This document shows positions 10,442 to 22,995 of a stretch of DNA of 64,000 nucleotides, in pieces. The notes below the pieces were generated by a model. It saw nothing but the letters and a program-made list of their open reading frames with translations, had not been told where the DNA came from and did not search any database. Position 1 is the stretch's first letter. Each line of letters opens with the position of its first letter. The stretch comes from Raillietiella orientalis (lineage: Eukaryota): NCBI GenBank assembly GCA_036172245.1, contig JAYWIR010000074.1:186001-250000 (forward strand), given 5' to 3'. A program made the translations under genes and the position numbers.

Positions 10442-12295
10442 GAAACCAGATGTGCCGAATCCCGAACGCGACCCGGTCAACGGAGTGTGCATGCCTTTGC
10501 ACACCAGTAATTTCTTGGCCAGTGCACCGGGGATGGAAGACAGCATTGACCACGCGGAAAGACTTCGATTGCGTCGACGAGAATGTCCTTCTGGAGCTTC
10601 TGGAACGCTTGGGCTTCCTGGCCTCATTAGTGGCCTATCTGCGCTCCTGCTGGCGCGACGCGCTTATCAACGTTTCTTTCAGCGGGCAGACCGTGCACGG
10701 CGTGCCGGTGCGGCGTGGGATCCGGCAGGGAGACAGCCTGAGCCCCTTGCTCTTCAGTACCTACTTTGAGTTGGTATTGAGAGAGTACCGGGGAACTTTG
10801 GCGCACCTGCCGCACAACTGTGCCGGTACGGCGGTTGTTTTAGCGTACGCGGACAACCTTCTGCTGCTGTTCCCTATGTTTATCCCGGCTTTGGAGTTCT
10901 TCGACCTGCTGCATCGGGAAACCGGACTTCCGGTGAACAGGGCGAAGTCGCCCGTGATGCCAGTTGGTGCGGCGTGGGCAGGGCAGCAGGACTGGGCCCG
11001 TTTGGGGATCCTTAGGGTAAGGTACTGCAAGTAGCTTGGTGTGCCGTTCGGGGACTACTCCTCTGCGGAAGTGTGGTGCGGCAGCCTCTAAAAAGTAAAG
11101 ACGGCGATCGGCCGGTTCCTCGACGGCAGGTTTTTCCTGCCTGAACGGGCCGCAGTTTGGAACACGTTTGCGGCTCCTCTCCTCCGTACCCTGCTTGTTG
11201 TTTGCCATACGTTCGAACGGTAGTGCCTGGTTGCAGGAAACCGTTCGAACGTGGGGACAGTTCGGCATTCAACGCTCCCAACAGGAACGTAGGTTTCTGT
11301 TTGAGGGTTCGAGAAGTTGCACGCTTTGTGAGTTCCTGGAGGATCCAAAGAAGAGAGCGTAGGCATGAAGAACCCCTTTTTCTGCTGCGATGCCCTACCT
11401 GATGGAAGATGTGGACAGCGATGTTGCGGCGAAGTGGGAGGTTACAGTAACAATCTAAGGAAAGGAGAAGAAGATGGGAGTGTGGAATACGAACAAGTTA
11501 ACAGACGCTGCAACCCCGAGTACGCCTTCCAATGAACTTCCATGCTGTTGCGCGCTGCTCGACGTTCCCATTGAACGTTTGAAGTGGCCCAAGGTAGTGA
11601 TGAACACCTCCATCTCCTTCTTAAAATAACAGCAGTCGGCATTTCTGTTGCAGTACTGAAGGCTCTCCTGCAACGTCCGCCGACACCACTGGACCTGGGG
11701 AGTGGTGGACCCCGATTGCGTCAGGTGTACGGAACGGGTTCCCTCTTCCACCTGCTTGTGGATTGTGTTGCCCTTCGGCCCCTTGGGTTTCGCTTTGCAG
11801 CGGCCATCCGAATCCCCTGCCGCAACCCCACGCTCTGAAAGCCCTCTTCGTTGCCGACGCCCTTCGGCCTGCGGCCTCGTTGGCAGCTTTGTGCTGCCTC
11901 CGCGGGATCGTCGATGCCTGGAGCATTGCGACGCGAGGACCACACGACCAGAGTGCCATCCACCCAGCCTCCCAGTTTCTGAGGAGGGCGTCCAGATGGC
12001 CTCACCTGCATCCAGGAATACAGAAAAACCTTCTCGGCATCCTTCAAAAGATGCAACGGCCCCACCAGCAACTGTGATCCTTTCCCTTACCCTCCCAACT
12101 TTACTTTCCTTTTTTGTTTTGTTTTTTGTTTTTCTTCCTTTCCCCTGCTGCCGTGCTGGACCGTACCGTTCTGCGAACCGATGACCCGATAGGCTCTGTG
12201 TTTCTTCGTGCGTGCCTGGATCAATGGTTCAGCCACTGCACATCTTTGTAAATGTTCATTTTAGAATAAACTCTTCGGCGAAATCCGGGTGAAAA
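10426..12295 (+). mobile_element. Remainder of the lineage D host (internally deleted APE/RT, C-terminus, 3' end)
   Basis: Matches ~45786-45913, then ~47010-47670, then ~48030-48128; GIRQGDSLSPLLF; 3' terminus at 12265-12295. Confidence 0.85.
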
Positions 12296-15200
12296 TCGAA
12301 TGCTCCATGCATATTTACTGCTACTGCAAAGGCTACCGGCCTTTGTCCCGTCCTTCAGCAGTGGCGCTCGCAGTCGACAGGTCTTGCAGCTGTTTGGCTG
12401 TCCGTTCCAACGCGCTCTTGCAGCTGCCACCAGGTGCACGCGAAAAGAAGGTTCGCATCCATGGATATACCCGATACAGCGTAAGACTGCTCCGGGCTTA
12501 CCACGGAATCCGCGACTCCCCCGTAGGCGCGTGACCCACAGCTTCGAAAACAACCTGACGTCCGTATTCACTAACATGATCGGACGCCTGTTGTTGAGAT
12601 GGCGCAGATCTCCTCCTTTCGGAAGGAGACGCATCCTCGCTGAGCGGAAAGAAGGGACATCGCCCGTCACCCTCATCAGCGTCGAGAGTCTGAGCAGCAG
12701 TATGGCGTGTTTCGTCTTGAAGCTCTGGTAGAACTTCGCGGGAAGCCCGTTCTCACCTGGCGTCTTTTTTTTCTTGAGTCCTGCGATGGCGGAAGAAATT
12801 TCCTTTGACGTGAAGGGCTCGTCGAGACGGGCGCTTACCTCCTTGCCGATGCCGTGTGCACCCCGCGGCAGAAGCAGCTCCGAGAGGATTCTCTCCATGA
12901 TTGATTTGGGGTAGAGCGAGGAGAAGTGACGCCTTAGTGTTCGCCGTACTTCGGCAGGAGCGATGCATTCCAGTCCTTGGTAGTCGAACACAATAGCCGC
13001 TCCAGACTGCCAGACCTGGCGCTAGGCCCTTGCCTTGTACTCTGCGAGGTGCCGGACTTCCGCACGTCTAGAGAAGGTGCGCGTCTGCAGAAATTCTGAG
13101 ATAATGGCCACCCCTTCTCCAAAGCCGCGCGGTAGGTGGTACAGGGGTACCCGGTTGCAAAACTCACAAACCGATCTTTTAAGATGGTCCCTGTCTGCAA
13201 GCCGCCGGATGGCAAAGCCGCGAAGAAACTAGCGAAAATGCTCCGCCTCCTCTGGACGACTGAGCCAATCTGCCTGCATTCTCCAAACATTGTTCGGAGG
13301 TCCCTTGCGCGATGAAAGTAGCTCGAACTCCAGGCTTTCATGCTTCGATAACGTAGACAACACCCTGACTCTCCTTCCCACTCGTGAGAGTAGGTGTTCA
13401 TAGAGGTTGACGTGATCTACGCTTCTTTCCAGTCCAGTCTCGCCGGCTTCCTAGTTACGCGCTTGCACCGACGCGCGTGCCTCCATAGCCGCGACCGTTC
13501 CGCCTGGGACCTCGTCTCGTCGGAAAACAGGTGGACGTTGAAGTCCCCTGAGACGAGACGCGCCACTTTGGCTACAGAGTTCCTGAGCCATTGGCTCTCC
13601 AGTTCGTCTAAAAACTCGATTCTTTCGGCGCGCCGAAGAAAGCCGCTCGGCGCGTAGACGTTCTTCAGGACGAGGTCGATTGAATCTGACCACTTGAGTA
13701 CAAGTTCGACTATTCGCCCTTTCTCATCAATTCGAACGCTACACTCCGCTCTTGCCATCCTACTGTTAACGAGAAACCCGACTACGCACGATTGTGCGGA
13801 ACCTTCTCGCCAGTACAGGGTGACACCCGCGCGCTGTTGAATTTCAGCAACCTCCGCGTGGGAGATGTGATGCATCTCCTGAAGGATCGCCAAGTCGAAA
13901 TGTTGCAGGGGGTCTAACACGCCGCGCCTCTTTCCGTCCCTGCGCAGCACGTTTACGTTCCAACAAACTACGCTGAACCGACGAAAAGATGCGACTTCCT
14001 GAATTAAGGCTGGGAAGGTGAGCACAGGTTTCTCGCCTTGTCCGGCGTGCGGTCACGAGACAGAACGGCAGATCTTGAAGACTGTACATCTCCATTCGAA
14101 GCCGCCCTGCTGGTTGGCGGGAGCTCTGAGGTGAGGCTTATCCCCTCCTCTTTGCTTTGCGGCAACAATTCCGCCTCGGCAACCAGGGGCTAGCGGGTCT
14201 TCGGGAGGAAATTGCGCGGTTTCGGGCGGGTTTCGTGCTGTGTGCTCATTCTGTCGGACTCTGGATCAGAATCTGACAATCGAGCGCTTGCCAGGCGCTG
14301 CTTCTGTTTCCCGGAATTAGGGAAATTATTTTCTGCCTGTTTCTTAGCGCTTTCTGCTACTACGGCTGGGACTTTCGCCCTTTTTACCGCAGCAGCAGCT
14401 TCCCCCTCCATCCGCGAGAGGACGACTGCACAGGAGGAAAGGATCGCAATCTTTTTGGGGGATGGTTTCTCGGGTTTTTTTCGGCCTCTCACGTTCACAC
14501 AGAGCTGCAAAGACCTTGACGGTTTCTTTTCAATTACCTTTCTCACCTGCATCCAGCCGTTTTCCTTCGCATCGCAGTTATCTTTGCCCTCCTGAGATGG
14601 CGCTGCGTCCGCGGATGTAAGAGGCGCTGCCTTGTCTGCCTCTTGAAGTGCTGAATCCGCGCAGGCGTAAGCGACTCCCTTAGCGATCGCGGGAGGTGCT
14701 GCCTCTTTCAGAACGATGGATTCGCGCGTTGCGTTTGCGACCGCTGGAGGCACTGCCCTGGCGTTTGTGCTCGCCTGAGCAGTTTCTTCCATGGCCGCAG
14801 TAGGCGCTGCGTCCGCGCGCGAGGGCTGCGGGTTTGCTGGCTGTTTCGTTGTGGCACTCGGCGCCTGGGGCTCCTTGGCCGCGGTAGGTTTAGCCTGCAC
14901 GGTGTTCTTTGCCCACGGGCGCGATTTTCCCGTATCGGGTGAGCGACCGCATTCCTCGCCACTTGCCGAGGCCTTGATAGGAGGCTTCGCAGTCGCGATG
15001 CCGACAGTGGGAGGATTCTTGCCCTTTGGCGCACTCTCTGCTGCTTTGAAAAATTCGCTGCGAGGTCTCGGTAAAATTTGGCATTCTTCGCGAGCTCCCG
15101 TCGGCACGGTAGCCTGAGGCTTCGCCGCTACGAGTATTTTTAGGTTTTTCTCCCCTTTTTTGGAGAGGGGAGGAAGAGTTTTCTGCGCATGCTCGCTCGA

Positions 15201-16155
15201 GGTTTTCGAAACGCTCTCCGAAGTTTTGAGGTTTCTTTCCCTCGATTCGCGGCGTTTATTTCGCGATGCGAAACGCGCTTCTTTCTTTCACTTTTGTTTT
15301 TTAAAAAGAGTTCCGGGCACTTTTTTTTTGTGTGTCCGGGCTCTTGGCATTAACGACAAGTGGCCGAGGGACACTTAGTAAGGCGGTGACCCTCCGGCCT
15401 GCATTCCGCGCACACAAGCGTTTGCCCCGCAAACTAGTCATTCCATCCACCTGCAGTCACGTGAGCATTGCCCGGTGATCCGCTGTCGTCAATCGCACTT
15501 GCGCGATCCCGCTGTGGTGGTCTTCGAAACCCTCAGCAGGGTATGGCAACCTTCAAAGCGCGTGAACAGAGGCGAATTTTTCAAGTGCCTCCAAGACCTG
15601 GCGGTCTGTAAGGAACTTGCTCACTCCACTCAGCCGGACAACGAACGATTGATCCGCAGTGGCGGCAAGTATTTCCTGCCCACGAATAAGCAGCAGCGTG
15701 TGCAGCAAACGCTGCGTAAGGAGAGCGTCCTTACTGGACACCGCCCAGTAGCCGCAACCACTCATGGACATGATGGACTCTAGCTGGCCTTTTTGAACTC
15801 CAATCCGTTGGAGTTCCTGGCCAATCTCGCGCCCATCCCGCTCAGGCATAAGCACACTTACCTTATACCTGAGTGAAGGCGTGTAGCCATTTGCTACATA
15901 CGTTTGCATCTCAGGGCTATCGAGCGAAGGTCTCATGGTAGCCGCGAGGGCAGCTACCTGGGCGAAGGTCCTAGCCGTCGGCGAGGACATGGCTCCTTGC
16001 CAGCAGCCGAAAACGCCATCTAAGGAACAGGTACCGTCCCTTTCTTGCGGCAGCTGTTCCTCTTTGCTGCCATTGCAGCACAGAAGCACAGCAGAGCCAA
16101 AACACACAAGAGTCAGCATACCGCGGAGCGACGGAAAAGCACGTCCGTACGCGGC
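12296..16155 (-). mobile_element. Lineage G LINE, 5' part (ORF1 ~15990-14190, APE, RT N-terminus), cut at the HKAFD-equivalent motif
   Basis: GACGTG at 16140-16145; SLRYKVS ORF1; WNVN, LQEMH, NVYAP, GDFN in ORF 13417-14025; PGENGLPAKFY in ORF 12221-12991. Confidence 0.85.
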
Positions 16156-18266
16156 AGGCGCTGATGCGTGAGACGGGAGATGTTCCCGCTTCTTTCCGCT
16201 CAGCAAAGGTGCGGCTCCTCACGAGAGGCGAGGATTTGCGCCACCTCAGCAACTGGCCTCCGATCACCTTGGTTAATTGGGACGTCATGTTGTTCTCGAA
16301 GTTATGAGTCGCGAGGCTGGGGAGCGTCACAAAGTCCTTGGCACACGTATGCTGTTCCGTGGCGGTCCATGGACGCGAATGTCTACTTCGCGCGAACATG
16401 GTTCGAGTTGCAGCAGAGCGTTGCAAAGCAGAGTCACGCAGCCAAAATCGCCGCTTCCAAAGGTAAGCGGCGGTGTTCAAGGCACGATGCAGCGCCAGAA
16501 GCCTTCGCAGTCGCCGTAGATTTCTGCAAAGCGTTCGGCAGCGTAAACCAGGACCTCCTACTAAAGATTCTGGGACGCCTAGATTTCCCGACGCACCTCA
16601 TCGCCTACTTGCGCTCCTGCTGGCGCCACGCGTTATGCTGTATCTCTTCTAGCGGGCGCCACATGTACGGCGTTCCCATACGGCGGGGTATCGGGCAGGG
16701 AGACAGCTTAAGGCCCCTGCTCTTCAGCATCTTCTTTGAGTTTATGCTTAGGGCGTACAGGCTGATGCTGGCCAACCAGACGAGCTCCTTCTCGGGAACT
16801 CCGGCCGTGGCCGCATATGCTGACGACCTTCTCCTGTTGCTGCCCATGTCCCCCCTGGCGTCCAGGCTTGAAGACTTCTTCGAGCACATTCGTCGGAAGA
16901 CGGACGTAAGCCTCAACAGGAGCAAGCGCTCCGTTGTTCCGGTGAACGGAAAGCGAGTTACTGCTTTCGTTGCTGCCCCTCTTTCGGCACACCAGCATAG
17001 GGTTTGTCTCCCAGCTGAGGCAGCTGTCCTTACTGCTGGAAGCCCAATCTTGGATCTCCTGCCGCCCCATGAACATTAATGCATGGCGGCAGGAATCTTT
17101 TTCATCGTGGGCAGCTTCCAAAGGAACGCCTCTTCAAGATCTTGGACGCCTGCGACTTCTCCTTAGACATAAATAGGACGAAGTCATGCCGGACAAGAAG
17201 AAGTCGGATCGCCTGACCGCCACACCACTCGCCGCAGCGCTGTGTGCCCTCAGGGCAAGCAACGAAAATTGCCTACCTGCGAAATGGGAGTTCTTCTGCA
17301 CAATAGAGGGAGTAAGTAAGCTCCTTGGCGGCTTGAAGACAAAGGAGCTGGTGGAAACTGCCACTCTTCGTAATCGGCCGAAGGGCCTGCTTCGGTGGAG
17401 TGAACATTTTAGTGTAACCACCGAAGAGATAGTGGTTCCCCCCGTTTGTCTGGACAACTCCGTGTTTTGCTTAAAATGGGAACAAGATGTGCTGCTCTTT
17501 CTACACTGAGGCTTCCACTGTAATCAGCAGCGAGGCATCGTTTCCAGAGGAGCTGCTCTGCCAAACTGTTCGAGGTGCGGAGAGATCCTGTCTTTTCCGC
17601 ACCTCTCATTGGACTGCGGTGACCTCCGTGAACTGTGGCGGTGGCTGATTTCAGCCTTTTCGCCGCAGGGATACACTGTCAATGATGTGCTGCGGCGCCT
17701 CTTCAGGAGGAATGGATTTTCGGTAGGCGCGAATGTCGCAACCATGTGTTGCATTCGCGCCATCGTGAAGGCCCGCTACGCCCTGGAGGTGTCAGCGCAG
17801 CGAAGGGAGTCTCACCGGTTTGCAGCAGAATTGATGCAACAGGCTGCTAGGTGGCCTTATCTTCGTGACAAGGTCAAAAAGGACATCGACGCATCCATCG
17901 CCGGTTTACAGACTTCTAGGAACGGCTTAATCCGGTGATCACTTCGTCCTGGAGCTTACCCATACCCCTTCTCCGCTCGCTCTGCTAAACTGCCAGTGCG
18001 ATTACTTTTATCCAAGTGCGAACCATAGCGATCCCAAAGTCCCTTGTCCCGGCGTCCACCATTGATTCCTTTTTATGTTGTTTCTCTTTGTTTGTGTTTC
18101 TAGTTCCCCCACACCGTTCTGTGTTATTCTGACCTGCGTGCCAGCAATGTTCTATTGATGCTTGTTCCGTCGTCGGCTGGGTCCATGGGTTCCAGCTGGT
18201 TCATTTTATATAATTCTTTTTGTTTATATCATATGAAATAAACGCCCAGGCGTGACCGCGTGAAAA
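16156..18266 (+). mobile_element. Lineage A-type LINE (A'), 3' part (RT, zinc finger, 3' end)
   Basis: GIGQGD, AYADD; C-terminal region similar to 29824-31000; terminus at 18237-18266. Confidence 0.85.
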
Positions 18267-18278
18267 ATCTCTTGCGCT

Positions 18279-19638
18279 CACACAGGATAGACGTGTTTTT
18301 CCATCTCTCCGCATTCGCGATTAAGCAAATTTGTGCGTGCGCTTTTGGTCGCATTTGTGTGTTTATCATAAGTCGAACCAGCAGCGTTTTGCAGCATGCC
18401 CACTGCTCAGAATGGTGTTGAGTTGCAAGCCGTTGAATCCACTCCTACTGGTCTGGAAGCGGCTGCATCCTTCGTGACGGTTTCCTCGCATTCGGTAGAA
18501 ACCTACGCCGTTGTCTCCTTCCAGGAAGCAGGAAACTGCGATGCAGAGTTGCATGCTTATGTGGCATACGGCTACATGCCCGCACTCCGTTATAAGGTCA
18601 GTGGGCCCCTTAACGGGAGGACCGGGCGTGAGCTCAACGATGAGCTCGTCTGGATCGACGTTCGGGAGGAGGAGCTCCTTGCCATTATGCCTGCGGGCAG
18701 GATGAAATACACCAAGATACGGTATAAAAACGCGGCACTTGTGCAACGCCTTCTCCGTACTCCGCTGCCCATCGGTGAAGACAAGGTCCTGCCTTCAGGG
18801 ATAAACGACCCTTTCGTCGTCCAATTGTGCGACATCGAGCCAAAAATCTCCCACCGCGATGTCGTAAGTGTACTGGCAAAGTTCGCCACCGTGCACGCTC
18901 TGTAGAGGAGACCAAATCCTTTAAAGAATTTCACCTCTGTGCACATTGGAAAAGCCTCCGCACGTATCACCTTCGCGAGCAAACGTGTTGTGCCTAAGCA
19001 GGTGCAGAATAACGGCACGGCCGTTCACCTCTGGTTCATGGCAAGGATAGCGCATGCAAGCAATGCGGCAAGAAGGGAACCGAATGAACAAATGTTTAGC
19101 TCAGACATGCCGCTACTGCAAGGAAACCGGGCATGAAATCAAAAAGTGTTCGGTGCTTGCAAAGCAAAGGGCAACAGTGGAAGTTCGTCGCGTTCAAGAG
19201 ACCAACGCACGAAAAACAGCTGATTCCAAGAAAAAACAGTGTCTGCGGAGTCTTGGCAAAAGAGCCAAGCAATACGCCGCAAAACAACCGGCGTCCCCGC
19301 CCGCAACGCCCTGAGAAGGAGAAATCACGGCAAAAAAGCCAAGGAAAAAGAGGCAGGAGGGCCTCACGCATGCCGTACATGCTCTAGTTGTCGTACTGCG
19401 AAGCATCTCTCCAAACCAGGAACGGGAAGATTTGCGAAGACTCTCGATAGGAAAGGTAGGAGAGCAGGAAGATCGCCACACAGCGAAGACTTCCAGCTCC
19501 AACCCGCTATCAATTCCCTAATCGGCAAAGTCCCACTCGAACGCAGGGTCCCCTGCGGAGGCTACAAAACCCGTAGCAAGACTAGGCGCGCTGCGTAAAA
19601 GCACGCTGCAGGCAGCCTCCCCTTCACGGACTCGAAAA
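18279..19638 (+). mobile_element. Lineage A-type LINE (A''), 5'UTR + ORF1, cut by a C insertion
   Basis: GACGTGTTTTT at 18290; ORF 18396-18905 is homologous to A ORF1 (YMPALRYKVSGPLNGR). Confidence 0.85.
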
Positions 19639-22600
19639 TTTTCCTCTAGTCAGACAAGCAGTGGGGTAAATTTATATTCCATTTTTTAAAACACATTCAT
19701 TACAGAATCACATTGACACAACATACGCACTTTACATCCCTGTGAAGTCCTTTGGGATATTACAAGTTCCGCTTTCAGGATGGGTTTCCTGATGTTTGGT
19801 CCCGGTCTTCGTCTTCAATCCTCTTCAAGATAAGTCGGTAGGTCCAGGCATGGATTCGTCTACAGATCCCGATGCCGATCTCCTTCTTGATGAATCCTTA
19901 AAAGATCTCCATCAAAGGTGCGGCTCTCCTGGCTTTCCTCATTCTCCACCACCGCACAAGAATAGCGGTGATGAAAAGAGCAATGATCGTCCTCACCATG
20001 AGATTGCAACAGCGAACATTACCATCTCCCTGAAACATTCCGATGAAGATCTCCATTACGGATCTGTTCGTGAGTCCGATGATCCTTATCGGGATCAGCC
20101 AGTCATGCAGCAATTTGGGACACGTCAAGACGTGAAGTCCCGTGTCGTTGTGTCCCCATGCCGTGCAGTCTCGATCTTCCCGTCTTCCGGTATAGTACTG
20201 CATTCGGGACCCACTCTGGATTCCTCCATGATAAAACATCAAGAGGTCACCCTGGGTGCCCAGCGGATGGTCACTGTTCCAGAAAATCGTGCCATTCGCG
20301 AGCAGGTTGATCCGGTCACTACCGTAGCGATGGGAGGCTTCCTGTAGGCCACTGATGTCACGGTCTTCTTCCCGAATTAATCTTCGGAGGTTTGTTTCGA
20401 ATACCCTCGACCACGCGAAGTCGTTGTGGTTGAGCCACACCTCGCGGGTCATGTGGGTGAACCTTCCTAACATCATCTCTAGATACCCAAGTATACGAGT
20501 GTGATGTAGGTACTCTCCTCGTTTCCACTCCTGGATTCGTTGTAGGGTAACTCTGGACCGCTAGTGGATTTAGCTTCTCGTGTCCGGCGGGACAGGAAGC
20601 ATCCAAGGGATCATCAGGACGGACCCGTCCTGCTAGAGTTTCCTACTTCTCGACACGATCTTGATTTTGTGCTTTCGCACGAGCCGTTTCTTCCTCGTCC
20701 AGCATGGTTCGATTTTTTTCCATTCGCCTGCTCGGCCTAGCAGCGCAGTCATCAGGCTTTTCGAGTTGTTCAACAACAACGCGTAGGCCCTGGCCGCCGC
20801 ATTCGGCTGGTCATCCCAGTTAGTGGCAATGTTGAGGATGTGTCGCTTATCCATGATTTCTATGGAGTGTGCAAGCGACTTCATCCCGGAAACGCCTTCT
20901 TCCCTGGGAAGACACAGGGGCTTTAGTCGAACTCTTGAGGTATAGTGGCTCCACAGTGTTTTTCCCTGCAGCTTGTCGATCTCCCTCGTAATGTTCTTGT
21001 TCATCCTCGCGAAGGCCGCTCCGGAGAGCATTTTTGAAGGAGTACTCCGTTCTATATGTTGTCCTTTCGCTTCATTCCAAGGTCCGTTCGGGTGTACTTG
21101 GCTTCTTCCTTGGCCATTTTCCCTAGGATCCTGGTCCACAATACCTTGGACGAAAGTCGTAGCCAATGTAGACACCCAGCAACTTGGCATTGTCCACCGT
21201 TCGGAATCCTCTATCCGCTAGAGCGAAGAGATCGAGGGTTCCAACGGGAAAGAGCTGCCTTTCTGGACGTTGATCTTCAGACCCAGGTCTTGATCCATCA
21301 GGTCTACCACATCCAGAAACGCTCGTTGATTTCTCTCTCCCTTAATAAAAAAGAGTAGATCATCAGCGTATGCCAGATGGGTAAGACGCTGGCCATCGTT
21401 TGTTATGCCTTGCAGTCGTCCGCTCTTTTCGATAAAGGACGACAACGCCTCCATGTAGATAACGAACAGCATCAGACTAAGCGAATCGCCCTGCCGGACT
21501 CCCCGTTCCATCCGGATTGCTGCCGTTTCCTGGCCGTTCATTTTGATTCGGCACTTCTGGTTCTGGAGTACCACCCTGACGAAGTTGCTGAAGTGTTTCG
21601 GAAGGCCTACCTTCTCCAAAACCTTCAGCAGCATCCCATGGTCGATGGAGTCGAAAGCCTTCTCCATGTCAGTGAACACCAGCGCCAGGTTCTCGCCGAC
21701 GTATCGGTTTAGTCCGACGGTGGCCTGGGCACACTTGACATTGCCTGACATGTGACGTCCAGGGACTGCACACGTTTGGACAGGAGAGATGAGCATCGAC
21801 TTGATCCTGCCTAAGCGGTAGGACAAGATCTTCGCCAACCACTTGGCATCGTAGTTCAGGATTGAGATTGGCCTCCATTAAGCGATCTGGGTTAAGTCGC
21901 CTCCTTTTGGTAAGAATCTCATCCTACTCTCGTAGAAGGAATCAAGTACTCTGCCTTCTTCTCGGATGCAGAGGGTCAACTGTTGGAACAAGCGCAGGTA
22001 GACATGCAGGTACCGCTGATAGTGCGTGATGGGTACACTGTCATGGCCCGCCGCCAAATCCTTGAGCAGTTTTCCAAAAGCAGTCTTCACCTCGTCTTCG
22101 GAAAATTCCTTCTCCAGTCTGTTTCGCTGGAGGTCGTCGGTCCACTTCTCGAGATACCTCAGAAAAGCCTGTTGACTATTGCGACAGAGATGTTGTCGCC
22201 TAAAGTGTTTCGTGTAATGCCTGTGAAAGGCATCCACGATGTCCTCGGGCGACTGTCGCTCTTGACCATCGTACGAAATGCAGAAGATATCTGCTGCCAG
22301 ATTTCTCTTCTCCTGCACGCCGACTCCCCCTTGTATGTTTTTGAAGACTTTTCGACTCTCGTACTGATCGAAGTACTTTGAGAGTGATCGATGTTGGATG
22401 TTCAGCTTCCGGTACGCCTCCTGACTCGAGCGCCTATCTCCGAATTGTATATGTGCAAACAGGTGTATCCTGGGTTCCAAGCTGTCCCAGTCGGCGACTC
22501 TTCTGATTTTTGTGGTCTTCAGAATCGTCTCCTGTACCTTTTTATGTCCAGGATGTGTCTCGAACCAGGAGGGCATGCTGATGAGCGCCGCCCTGGAGCC

Positions 22601-22900
22601 TTGCTTCCGCCGTGGATTGTCCGTTCTTAGGGAAAACCGCACCAACGGGTGATCGGACAGAGTGGTCAAAGTCTCGAAAACCCTGATTGCGATTCCCTAG
22701 TTCGGTGCTGTGGAGTATGTGATCGATCGGCTTGTGACTTGCTGTTCGCCATACCAGTCCGAACTCGTCCGATAGTCGCCGATAAGCCGTCCTACTTCTG
22801 GCGTCTTGGCAATGAATGATCTCATCCAATAAGTTGAGATCACCAGCAACAATCACCACGTCCTTGGGGCGACCTTTTCACGGAGTGCTGCATGCAGCGC
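19639..22900 (-). mobile_element. Lineage C LINE, 5'-truncated (partial APE, RT, 3' end)
   Basis: AGDLN, IDH, LSDH, DMEKAFD, GVRQGD, AYADD in ORFs 21218-22859; decayed C terminus at 19639-19675. Confidence 0.88.
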
Positions 22901-22904
22901 AGTG

Positions 22905-22995
22905 TTCGGAGGATGCCGGCAGACTGGTTGTTTTACCCGGAGGCGGCGGAGCACCTTCTTTAGTACCTCCGCGACATTGCCAGAATTGAGCTTGC
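22905..22995 (+). mobile_element. Short post-APE fragment (RMPADWL...PEAAEHL), probably the rest of A''
   Basis: Translated by eye; matches WRMPADWL/PEAAEHLR in other copies. Confidence 0.6.

Noticed and set aside
18900..18905. Alternative genetic code or fungal RIP to explain Trp-to-stop changes
   Set aside because: Both TAG and TGA replace TGG sporadically alongside frameshifts, and the DNA stays GC-rich; ordinary decay suffices. Dinucleotide indices were not computed.
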